IMG/VR virus record: IMGVR_UViG_3300046777_000773 | Coordinates: 1-60,347 of that record | Source of the DNA: a virus | Lineage: Duplodnaviria; Caudoviricetes | DNA length: 60,347 nt | Strand: one strand, 5' to 3' | Shown here: positions 45,354 to 54,406 of the stretch, piece by piece | How positions within the stretch are numbered: the first letter of the stretch is position 1 | Layout of the letters: each line of letters begins with the position of its first letter | Made by a program: the position numbers and the translations under genes | The notes under the pieces: model-generated | Databases searched by the model: none | Told to the model about the DNA's origin: nothing | What the model saw: only the letters and a program-made list of their open reading frames with translations

Positions 45354-47681
45354 GTGGCTACGGCACAGAAAATTTCGCAGCTTACCACGGCAGGTCCATT
45401 GACCGGCGCCGAACTTGTGCCTGTTGTCCAGAACTCCGGTACCCTCCAAACCACCGTATCTGCCCTCAAAGCCTACACTATTGTATCCATTACGCCTGAA
45501 ATCTCGGCCCTTAATACGCGTGTCGACCAAGTCTCTGCGCTAATATCTTCTAATGCTGTTGCCATCGCATCATTGTCTGCCCAAGTGTCGGGGGCTTTGG
45601 TGGCGGTGGCTTCCCTCAGTGCAGCAGTATCCACGCTTACTATCCGCGTCGATGATGTTTCTGCCATAGCTACCTCCATCGGAGCCGTCGTCTCCACTTT
45701 TGACACTCGCATCTCAGATGTGTCGGCGGCAGTCGTCTCTGTCAATGAAGTAGTGTCTGCTCTCGATATTCGTGTAAGCGATGTATCAGCGGCAGTAGTG
45801 TCTGTCAACAATGTGGTCTCGGCTTTAGAGGTTCGCGTCAGCAGCGTATCAGCCGTAGCCTCTGCCAACACAGCAGCCATAGCCAACGTATCTGCTCTAG
45901 TATCGGCGGTAGATGTCAGGGTTGCAGCCGTCTCAGCCTCGGTTTCTGCCCTTAACGTACAGATGGTGCAGGCCCTTGCCTCCATTTCAGCTATCAATTC
46001 TGTACTTGCTACCATCGACACATCGGCTATCACCGGCTTAGAAGTCCGCGTTTCTACCCTTGAAATCCGGGTCACCGACGTATCGGCCTCAGTATCGGCG
46101 CTCCAAGTCCAGCTTAACGCCGTATCTGCTCTGACGTCCGTCAATGCCGCTGCCATCACCTCCATCAATGCAGTCGTCTCGACCAAAGTCAATCGCGTCG
46201 GCGACTACATGGACAGCGTCCAGTACATCGAGTTCGACACCTCCACTGTCATTGCGACTTCAGTTGGGCGCCTGTCTTGGGACATTGATTATGGTACTCT
46301 CGACATCGGTCTTTCTGGTGGTAATGCTAACGTACTCGTCGGCCAGCGTCAAGTAGCCTACGTCTACAACAACACAGCGGCTACTATCGAAAAGGGCAAG
46401 GTTGTCGAAGTCACAGGGGCTTCAGGTCAGCGCCTCACCGTCAAGTTAGCCCAGGCCAACAGCGACGCCAACAGTGCCACTATTCTCGGCATCATGCTTG
46501 AGACGGTCTCTGTAAACAATTCTGGTTACGTAGGCACCAACGGCATTATTCGCAACGTCGACACAGGTGCCTTCACTGATGGTCAGATTGTTTACTTGTC
46601 TCCGGTCTCGGCGGGTGAACTTACCGCTACTAAGCCCGTCGCCCCGCAGCACCTAGTCCTTATCGGCTACGTGGTCAAGGGCGGTTCGGTCGGTGCAGGT
46701 TCCATCTACGTCAATACCCAAAACGGCTACGAACTGGGTGAACTGCACGACGTCAAAGTCTCCTCCAGCCTTTCCATCGCCAACAATGAAGTCCTCGCAT
46801 ACAATACCAGCGCAGGTGTCTGGACCAACTCCACCGTCCTAATCGAGACCCAGGCTTCCATTTCGGTTCTCCAGATTCAAGTCGATGCAGTATCCGCAGC
46901 AACCTCTGTAAACGCCGCTCATATTGCTGCCGTCAGCGCCTCAGTCAGCGCCCTCCAAATCCAAGTGGATGCTGTCTCGGTTGCTACCTCAGTCAATGCT
47001 GCTGCTATCACTTCTGTTAATGCAGTAATCTCGGCTCTCGACACTCGGGTCGGTGCAGTCTCTGCGGCCACTTCCGTAAACGCTGTAGCCATTGCTGCCG
47101 TTGCCGCTTCGGTCTCCGTTCTCCAAATCCAAGTCGACGCAGTCTCAGCAGCTACTTCTGTCAATGCAGTAGCTATTGCAGCCGTCTCCGCAGTCGTAAG
47201 CACCCTCCAAATCCAAGTCAATGAGGTATCGGCGGCAGTCTCAGCAGCTTTAGTATCGGTAAGTCAGCGGGTCCTCAAGGCTGGTGATACGATGTCTGGC
47301 GAACTGAACATGGCTGACAATCTGGTTACGCGGCCCAAGTTCAAGGACTACGCACTCCAAGTCGTTACACGGGCCAGTGCTTCTGCTACCACCACGCTCG
47401 ACCTGACCGAAGGTAACTTCTTTGCTATTCGTGCAGCAGGCAGTACTACCTTTGTGTTCGCCAATCCTCCGGTCTCCTCTGCCAATGGTCCGGCTGGTGG
47501 GGGCTTCATCTTAGAACTTCAGAATGGCGGGGCAGCTACAGTCACTTGGCCTGCGGCAGTTGATTGGCCGGGTGGTACAGCGCCTACGCTCACATCCAGC
47601 GGCTATGACGTATTCGTCTTCATCACTGACGATGGTGGTACTGTCTGGCGCGGTGTTCAATCCATGAAAGATAGCAAGTAG
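45354..47681 (+). CDS. Long tail fibre with VSA-rich coiled-coil shafts
   Basis: KISQL N-terminus, heptad repeats, central ELGELHDV domain, C-terminal TWP..V.WPGGTAP domain; upstream TGCTATACT. Confidence 0.8.
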   Translation: MATAQKISQLTTAGPLTGAELVPVVQNSGTLQTTVSALKAYTIVSITPEISALNTRVDQVSALISSNAVAIASLSAQVSGALVAVASLSAAVSTLTIRVDDVSAIATSIGAVVSTFDTRISDVSAAVVSVNEVVSALDIRVSDVSAAVVSVNNVVSALEVRVSSVSAVASANTAAIANVSALVSAVDVRVAAVSASVSALNVQMVQALASISAINSVLATIDTSAITGLEVRVSTLEIRVTDVSASVSALQVQLNAVSALTSVNAAAITSINAVVSTKVNRVGDYMDSVQYIEFDTSTVIATSVGRLSWDIDYGTLDIGLSGGNANVLVGQRQVAYVYNNTAATIEKGKVVEVTGASGQRLTVKLAQANSDANSATILGIMLETVSVNNSGYVGTNGIIRNVDTGAFTDGQIVYLSPVSAGELTATKPVAPQHLVLIGYVVKGGSVGAGSIYVNTQNGYELGELHDVKVSSSLSIANNEVLAYNTSAGVWTNSTVLIETQASISVLQIQVDAVSAATSVNAAHIAAVSASVSALQIQVDAVSVATSVNAAAITSVNAVISALDTRVGAVSAATSVNAVAIAAVAASVSVLQIQVDAVSAATSVNAVAIAAVSAVVSTLQIQVNEVSAAVSAALVSVSQRVLKAGDTMSGELNMADNLVTRPKFKDYALQVVTRASASATTTLDLTEGNFFAIRAAGSTTFVFANPPVSSANGPAGGGFILELQNGGAATVTWPAAVDWPGGTAPTLTSSGYDVFVFITDDGGTVWRGVQSMKDSK

Positions 47682-47689
47682 GGAATCCC

Positions 47690-48163
47690 ATGGCAACCTA
47701 TAAAATCAGCGGCCTTACATCTGCTACAGCGGTTTCGGCCACCGACCTCTTCGAAATCTCCAAGGTATCGGTCTCCGCCTACGGCTCTCGCCAAGTTACC
47801 GGCGCCCTGCTTCGCACCTATGCCCTGACCGAAATCTCGGGCTACACCCTTGCGCGGACTTCGCTTGCCAACGTCTCTGCGACCACGACCCTCGATCTCG
47901 CCAGCGCCAACTTCTTCTCGGCTCAAGTCAGCGGCAGCACCACCTGGGTCTTCGCCAACCCGCCCACCAGCACCGTTGCCGCAGGCTTTATCCTTGAGCT
48001 TACCAATGGTGGCGGCTATACCAACACATGGCCGTCAGCAGTCAAGTGGCCTAACGGTACTGCTCCCACGATCACAACCAGCGGCACCGACGTCTTCACG
48101 TTCATCACCGATGATGGCGGCGTCATTTGGCGCGGTGTCCAATCCATGCAGGACTCCAAGTAA
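47690..48163 (+). CDS. Short paralog of the long tail fibre
   Basis: Same KIS.L N-module and ...FITDDGG..WRGVQSM.DSK C-module, no shaft. Confidence 0.75.
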   Translation: MATYKISGLTSATAVSATDLFEISKVSVSAYGSRQVTGALLRTYALTEISGYTLARTSLANVSATTTLDLASANFFSAQVSGSTTWVFANPPTSTVAAGFILELTNGGGYTNTWPSAVKWPNGTAPTITTSGTDVFTFITDDGGVIWRGVQSMQDSK

Positions 48164-50169
48164 TGCTCCTCGTCGAAAAGCTCCTCGGCTCTTCTTCTGC
48201 CGTCGCCGCCAACTACATCGAAGACGTCTTCTCGACGTATCTGTATACGGGTAACGGCGGGACGCAGACGATCACAAATGGGATTGATCTAAGCACCAAG
48301 GGCGGATTAGTCTGGGTCAAGTCACGTGGCTCTGCCGTAGATAATGTTGTTTATGATACCGCTAGAGGTGTGGGGACTTCAGCAACCGGCGGAGCAAATC
48401 AACTAGTAACAAATACCGCTAACGGAACATCTAATGGTAGCTCTGGTGTAGGTGCTAGAGATTATTTAAGTGCCTTTAACTCAGATGGGTTTACCGTGGT
48501 ATACGGTAGTGGCAGTGCCACAGGCCAAGTTATGAATGATGGTACCATTAACTTTACCTCTTGGACTTTCCGCAAGCAGGCGAAGTTTTTTGATGTTGTG
48601 ACTTGGACCGGCGACGGCACAACCCCGCGTGTCATTTCTCATAACTTAGGCTCTGTCCCCGGCTGCATTATCGCTAAGCGCACTGATTTGGCGGGGGATT
48701 GGTATGTCTATCACCGCCGCTTAAATGGTGGCACGAATCCAGAACAATACTGGACATTGCTCAATACAACTGGCGCAACACAAGGCCCCGGCAGCATCTG
48801 GGGAACAACCGCGCCAACCTCCACCGGATTCAATGTCGGCTCTGCACTAAACACCCTTCCCGGCTCTGGCATCACACCAACCTATGTGGCTTACGTCTTT
48901 GCCCATGATGCAGGCGGCTTTGGCGCTACCGGCACGGACAATGTGATTAGCTGCGGGTCGTTTACGACTAACGGCAGCGGCAATGCGACGGTGAACTTAG
49001 GATATGAGCCGCAATTTGTCTTAATGAAAACTACATCAGGAACAGGAAATTGGTTCTTGTTTGACAGCATGAGAGGCATGACAACAAGTTCCAGTCCTTA
49101 TTTGTTTGCAGACACCAGTAATGCCGAAGCGACGAACTCGCTGTTTACGGTTCAGCCCACAGCTACTGGTTTTGATGTCAAGTTTGGCTCGCTTTCTGGG
49201 ACGCTAATCTACATCGCCATCCGCCGTGGCCCGATGAAGACGCCGACTACGGGGACGAGTGTGTTTAGTCCGATTGCGTCAAGTGCTGCGACAGGAACCA
49301 CGCTGACAACCGGCTTCCCAGTTGACGCGCAAATCTTCAGCTTACGCACCGGAACTACCAACAAAAACAACACTTATGACAGGTTGCGGGGCGTTAGTTC
49401 CACAACAACCGAATCTGGCGTTCGCCTCATTACCAGTTCAACGGCAGCAGAAACCGCCGCTGGTAATGAAACTAGGCTTTGGGATAACACCAGCTTTCAG
49501 ATGCCATCTACGTTTGGAGGTGCCAGCACAGTCTTCTGGAACTTCCGCCGCGCCCCTGGCTTCTTTGATGTGGTGTGTTATACGGGGAATGGAGTAAGCA
49601 ATAGAATAGTGCCACACAATCTTGGCGTGGCTTTTGAATTGGCTTTTATTAAAAAAAGATCAGCAACGGAAAATTGGGCCGCGTGGTGTACAGATTATTC
49701 CATGTTTGGGTTAAACTCTTCAAATGCGGCGTCGTCTGGTTATCCACTTAACAGCAAAGAAACAGGCATTGATGTAACCAATATTGTTGGGCCGCTTTCA
49801 TCTCCGAATGGTTGTAATACATCAAGTGCAACCTACGTCGCCTACCTCTTCGCCACAGTCGCAGGCGTATCCAAGGTCTTCAGTTATACGGGCAACGGTT
49901 CAAACCAAACAATCAATTGTGGCTTCACGGGCGGAGCGCGCTTTGTCCTTATTAAAAGAACAGACTCTACAGGGAACTGGACCGTTTTTGATAGCGCGCG
50001 TGGGATTGTGGCGGGCAATGATCCCTACCTCCTCCTCAATTCAACCGCCGCCGAAGTTACTACCCTTGATGTTGTTGATACGGACAGTAGCGGCTTCATC
50101 GTAAATCAAGAAGTTAACACCAATCTTAACGTAAACAATGCCACCTACATCGGGCTGGCCATAGCGTAA
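48163..50169 (+). CDS. Receptor-binding tail fibre/spike
   Basis: Repeated YTGNG, FFDVV.(Y/W)TG, HNLG, IK(R/K) modules; mosaic composition. Confidence 0.75.
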   Translation: MLLVEKLLGSSSAVAANYIEDVFSTYLYTGNGGTQTITNGIDLSTKGGLVWVKSRGSAVDNVVYDTARGVGTSATGGANQLVTNTANGTSNGSSGVGARDYLSAFNSDGFTVVYGSGSATGQVMNDGTINFTSWTFRKQAKFFDVVTWTGDGTTPRVISHNLGSVPGCIIAKRTDLAGDWYVYHRRLNGGTNPEQYWTLLNTTGATQGPGSIWGTTAPTSTGFNVGSALNTLPGSGITPTYVAYVFAHDAGGFGATGTDNVISCGSFTTNGSGNATVNLGYEPQFVLMKTTSGTGNWFLFDSMRGMTTSSSPYLFADTSNAEATNSLFTVQPTATGFDVKFGSLSGTLIYIAIRRGPMKTPTTGTSVFSPIASSAATGTTLTTGFPVDAQIFSLRTGTTNKNNTYDRLRGVSSTTTESGVRLITSSTAAETAAGNETRLWDNTSFQMPSTFGGASTVFWNFRRAPGFFDVVCYTGNGVSNRIVPHNLGVAFELAFIKKRSATENWAAWCTDYSMFGLNSSNAASSGYPLNSKETGIDVTNIVGPLSSPNGCNTSSATYVAYLFATVAGVSKVFSYTGNGSNQTINCGFTGGARFVLIKRTDSTGNWTVFDSARGIVAGNDPYLLLNSTAAEVTTLDVVDTDSSGFIVNQEVNTNLNVNNATYIGLAIA

Positions 50170-50178
50170 GAGGACATC

Positions 50179-50619
50179 ATGGAAATTCGCATTCAAGCTA
50201 CGGGAGCAGTTGTGACGGAGCAAGAGTTCCGTTCCATGTTCCCCAACACCAGCCTTCCCGTTCCCTTAACGGAGGCAGCTATCAACGGTCTCGGCGGCGA
50301 CATCGTCTTCGAAGGCCCCCAACCCGTCGCTACTCGCTACCAGACTGTAGTCCGTCAAGGCGTCATCCAGCTAGGCGACAAGTGGTACACCAACTATGTA
50401 GCGGTCGACCTGTCCCCGGAAGCTTGCACAGCCCTTGACGAGCAGCAAGCATCTGCTGTCCGTGCTGACCGCAACGCCCGCCTTGCAGCCTGCGACTGGA
50501 CTCAAGTAGCCGATGCCCCTGTCGACAAGACCGTGTGGGCTACCTACCGTCAAGAGCTTCGGGACATCTCCTCTCAGCCGGGCTTCCCTTGGGAAATTAC
50601 TTGGCCGACCAGTCCGTAG
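50179..50619 (+). CDS. Tail fibre assembly chaperone
   Basis: VRADRNARLAACDWTQ..D...WATYRQELRDI..QPGFP...WP. Confidence 0.85.
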   Translation: MEIRIQATGAVVTEQEFRSMFPNTSLPVPLTEAAINGLGGDIVFEGPQPVATRYQTVVRQGVIQLGDKWYTNYVAVDLSPEACTALDEQQASAVRADRNARLAACDWTQVADAPVDKTVWATYRQELRDISSQPGFPWEITWPTSP

Positions 50620-50666
50620 TGAGATTAGGTGAGAATCTTGACACACCCTCACCTTCAATGTATGGT
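50619..50666 (+). promoter_or_regulatory. Promoter of helicase-like gene overlapped by GTGAG/CTCAC repeats
   Basis: GTGAG x2, then TTGACA-N17-TATGGT with CTCACC in the spacer. Confidence 0.65.
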
Positions 50667-50692
50667 AGGCTTCTTCACAAGGAGTCTCGTGC

Positions 50693-52165
50693 ATGTCAGA
50701 AAAAGTCAACCGCGTTCAGCTTTTGAACGACGCTAAAGCCCAGCTTACACCGTGGACTACCGAGGACGGTCGTCTCTTCTTGGACTACACTGACCTCGGC
50801 ACGCGGCGTACCATGGCCATCACCTCACAAGGCAATTGTGATTTCCGTGGTTGGTTCTCAGCTTTCTGCGTCGACCAAATCAACCTCGTGCCCAATGGGG
50901 ACCTCATCAACTCTGCCCAAACCTACTTCGCGCATTGGACACGCACCCGTGGCCCGAAGCTCAAGGACTTCATTCGCGTAGGCGGCAAGATCGGCGAACT
51001 CTACATCGACACGGGCAATGACGCTAACGACGCTTGGCGCATCACTCCCGAAGGCATTGATCTTGTAAAGGGCGGCCCTACCCATATCCGCATGTTGCGT
51101 GGCGCCGGTATGTTGCCTCTGGCAGACCCTGACTTCTCAGCCCCGCCTTGCGAGTTCCCCAAGCTTCTCCGCAAGTACATCGCCTCCGATGACGACACCC
51201 TGATGCTTCTGACCGCTTGGGTCTTGGGTTGCCTCCGTCCCGAAGGTCCCTATCCTGTCCTGACCATCTCAGGCGAACAAGGCTCTGGTAAGTCTACCGT
51301 CCTCCGGCTGCTGCGTCGTATCATGGACCCGCACGCCCTCGATATGCGTACCCCGCCCGAAGACCAGCGTGACCTGCAAGCCATGGTTCGCAACTCCTTC
51401 GTGCTTGCCTTCGACAACGTCTCCTTCATTTCCAACAAGATGTCGGATGCGCTGTGCGTCATCAGCACCGGCACCGGCGCTCAGGGCGGGCGTGCCCTCT
51501 ACACCAACGCCGAAGAGTCCGCAGTCCGCGTGTGTAGGCCCGTGGCCATGAACGGCATCCCCGACGTCGTCGAGCGCGGTGACTTGGTGGACCGCTCCAT
51601 CCACGTGCATCTGCCCCGCATCGACTCGCATCTGCGTCGTGACGATTCCGAGTTCTGGACCTGCTTCCATGCTGACCATCCGCGCCTTCTTGGCTCGCTT
51701 ATGAATGCAGCATTGAAAGCTATGCAGAACTATGGTAATGTAGTCTTGGCTGAAAAGCCGCGCATGTCTGCGTTTGCAGTGTGGGCCGTCGCCGCCGAAC
51801 AGGCATTTGGATGGGAGCCCGGTCGCCTTATGGAAGTCTATAAGAACAACCGTTCGGCAGCCGAATCTCAGATGCTGGAGTTCAATGGCATGGCTTCCGC
51901 GCTGCTTCGTATGATGGCAAAACAGAAGGAATTTTCAGGAACCTATTCGGACCTGATTGGACAGTTGGAGATGAATGTAGGCCCGCGCGAGCGTTTGCCC
52001 CAGACTTCACATAGCGTTGCCGCTGAACTCAAGCGTATCCGTCCCGCTCTTGAGCGTCAGGGTTTGCGCTTCTTCAATGCTGGGCGCTCGGGGGCTTCTG
52101 ACCAGAAGGGTCGTTCACGCATCTCCATCGTGCGCCAGGATGATGATGAGCCTGCGGTTACATGA
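50693..52165 (+). CDS. P-loop ATPase, helicase/initiator-like (helicase part of primase-helicase type)
   Basis: GEQGSGKST, AFDNVS, RALYTN, MNGI, DLVDRS; C-terminal winged-helix-like region. Confidence 0.7.
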   Translation: MSEKVNRVQLLNDAKAQLTPWTTEDGRLFLDYTDLGTRRTMAITSQGNCDFRGWFSAFCVDQINLVPNGDLINSAQTYFAHWTRTRGPKLKDFIRVGGKIGELYIDTGNDANDAWRITPEGIDLVKGGPTHIRMLRGAGMLPLADPDFSAPPCEFPKLLRKYIASDDDTLMLLTAWVLGCLRPEGPYPVLTISGEQGSGKSTVLRLLRRIMDPHALDMRTPPEDQRDLQAMVRNSFVLAFDNVSFISNKMSDALCVISTGTGAQGGRALYTNAEESAVRVCRPVAMNGIPDVVERGDLVDRSIHVHLPRIDSHLRRDDSEFWTCFHADHPRLLGSLMNAALKAMQNYGNVVLAEKPRMSAFAVWAVAAEQAFGWEPGRLMEVYKNNRSAAESQMLEFNGMASALLRMMAKQKEFSGTYSDLIGQLEMNVGPRERLPQTSHSVAAELKRIRPALERQGLRFFNAGRSGASDQKGRSRISIVRQDDDEPAVT

Positions 52166-52878
52166 CAGACGAGCCCTACGTTCCCAAAGTCTCCACTAAA
52201 AAGAAGCCCGCTTACTACGAAACAGCCAAGAAGCGGCTCAAGGAACGTATGGGCAATCCACCCTCACAGGGTGACCGGATCGCCAAGTACAAACGCGAAC
52301 TGCGTGAACTGAACATCCACAAGCCGGGTCACGGCATTCGCGCAGAAAACGTCAAGGCGATCCGAAACCTCAAAGAACACCTACGCGAAACTTGGCAGGC
52401 GTCTTGGGACAAGATCAACAAGATCAAGCGCCTGACCCCCAAGCAAGTCGAGTTCGCCCGCCAATACGCTCTGAATGGGCGCACCAACAAATGCGGTGCC
52501 ATGCGTCTAGCGGGCTACGATTCAGCCAATCCAGCGGTCCTCCTGTCGATGGCTAACAAGAATCTATCGCTTCCCAACTTCAATGACCTAGTTACAGCCT
52601 TCGAGATCGAGGAGAAAGCCCGTATGAAAATCAACGTCGAAGACGTCGTCAAGTGGTTCAACGACATCGCCACCCAGGCTATGGCATCGGGCGACTTCAC
52701 CAATGCTAACCGCGCCATGGAAAACCTTGCCAAGTACCTGGGCATGTTCGTCGAAAAGAAAGAAATCACTCACCGCACTATCCACTCCAAAGAAGAACTG
52801 GATACCCGCATCAGCGAACTGACCGCGATCCTCAAAGAAGCAGAGCCTGACATTGAGCGAAAACTCCGCATCCACTAA
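52162..52878 (+). CDS. terS: Terminase small subunit
   Basis: LTPKQVEFARQY...AMRLAGY; AMENLAKYLGMFVEK; precedes TerL. Confidence 0.8.
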   Translation: MTDEPYVPKVSTKKKPAYYETAKKRLKERMGNPPSQGDRIAKYKRELRELNIHKPGHGIRAENVKAIRNLKEHLRETWQASWDKINKIKRLTPKQVEFARQYALNGRTNKCGAMRLAGYDSANPAVLLSMANKNLSLPNFNDLVTAFEIEEKARMKINVEDVVKWFNDIATQAMASGDFTNANRAMENLAKYLGMFVEKKEITHRTIHSKEELDTRISELTAILKEAEPDIERKLRIH

Positions 52879-54406
52879 AGAAGACAAGCTCCTTCAACTA
52901 AAGGCCGAACTGGCTGACGCCCTCCACCAGAAAGCAGTACTGGAGGCGCAAGAGGACTTCTACGTTTTCGTCAAGCTACTAGCGCCCCTTATGTTGGACG
53001 GGAACGACTATCGGGACGGGCGCCACATCGAAGCTATCGCCGCTACCCTTCAGGAAGTAGACCGTGGCCTCGTCGACCGCCTGATGCTGGCCCTACCACC
53101 CGGCTCCATGAAGTCCGTCCTCCTGATGCTCTTCACGGCTTGGTGTATGGGCCGTCACCCGACATGGCGCTTCATGTGGATCTCGCACACCACCGACAAA
53201 GCCGTCGAATGTTCTGGCCGAATCCGCGACTTGGTGCGCTCATCTGAGTATCAAGAGATTTTTCCGGGCGTCCACATCCGCGACGACATGTCTGGCGTCA
53301 CCGGCTGGAAGCTGACCACAGGCGGGTCGTTCATGCCAGCGGGTGCGGGCAAGTCCATCGCCGGTTACCGCTTCAACTTGGGCATCCTCGACGACCCCCT
53401 CTCCGAACAGACCGCCAAGTCCGACACCGAGCGCGAGCGCGTCAACAACTGGTATGGCCCCGGCTTCCGTTCCCGTAAACTGCCCGACTCCCGGATTGTG
53501 CTGGTGAATACGCGCTGGCACGTGCGCGACCTTTCCGGCTTCCTCCTCGATAAGGCTGCCCGCAATCCCCGCGTCGATCAGTGGGAAGTGATCTCCATCC
53601 CGGCCATCCTCGACAAGCCCGCAGCCGACTACCTGATGCTGCCCGAGAACGAGTCCTATTGGCCAGAGTTCATCACCATGGATGACCTGATCGCTACCCG
53701 CGAAGGCTTGTCGCGTGCTGACTGGGGCGCCCTGTATATGCAGACCCCGACCGGCGAGGATGGCAACGTTTTCAATAAGGACGACTTCCAAGACTGGGAT
53801 GAAGACGACCCGCCTGAATGCGACGAAATCATCCAGACCCTGGACACGGCGTTCTCCACCAAAGCTAAAGCGGACTACTCGGTCATTCAGACCTGGGGTA
53901 TCTTCCACCTGACGTTCACGGACGAGAAAGGCTTTGAATATCAAGAGCCTAACGCCATCCTCCTCAACCAAGTCCGTGGTCGATGGTCGTTCCCTCAACT
54001 CCGGGCAGCCGCCAAAGAGCAATACAACATGTTCAAGCCTGACCGAATGATTATCGAAAATAAGGCATCGGGTCAGTCCCTTATTCAGGACTTGAGGCTT
54101 AACAAGTTGCCCGTATTGCCTTTTCAGCCAGATCGTGATAAAGTGGCCCGTGCCCATGCCGTAAGTGGTATCGTGGAGCGGCAGCGCGTCTGGCTTCCCT
54201 TGAAGAAGAAGTTTGCTGCTGAACTCCTGCAAGAAGCCCTCGAATTTCCAAAGGGCGCCCACGATGACGCTGTCGACTCTATGGTCATGGCCCTCCTCTA
54301 CTTGAGGCGCCGCTATGAACTCACCCAAGAGACGGTCAGCCAACCTGAAACCAACGCCCGTCGTCGATCTTTCAAAAGCTATTGGAGCCAAATGACCCAT
54401 GTCTGA
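52853..54406 (+). CDS. terL: Terminase large subunit
   Basis: LPPGSMKS, ILDDP, TRWH..DL.G, DTA, IENKASG, FPKGAHDDAVD. Confidence 0.95.
   Translation: MSENSASTKEDKLLQLKAELADALHQKAVLEAQEDFYVFVKLLAPLMLDGNDYRDGRHIEAIAATLQEVDRGLVDRLMLALPPGSMKSVLLMLFTAWCMGRHPTWRFMWISHTTDKAVECSGRIRDLVRSSEYQEIFPGVHIRDDMSGVTGWKLTTGGSFMPAGAGKSIAGYRFNLGILDDPLSEQTAKSDTERERVNNWYGPGFRSRKLPDSRIVLVNTRWHVRDLSGFLLDKAARNPRVDQWEVISIPAILDKPAADYLMLPENESYWPEFITMDDLIATREGLSRADWGALYMQTPTGEDGNVFNKDDFQDWDEDDPPECDEIIQTLDTAFSTKAKADYSVIQTWGIFHLTFTDEKGFEYQEPNAILLNQVRGRWSFPQLRAAAKEQYNMFKPDRMIIENKASGQSLIQDLRLNKLPVLPFQPDRDKVARAHAVSGIVERQRVWLPLKKKFAAELLQEALEFPKGAHDDAVDSMVMALLYLRRRYELTQETVSQPETNARRRSFKSYWSQMTHV

Noticed and set aside
48163-50169. 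Diversity-generating retroelement target
   Set aside because: No reverse transcriptase and no adenine-specific template/variable repeat pair seen
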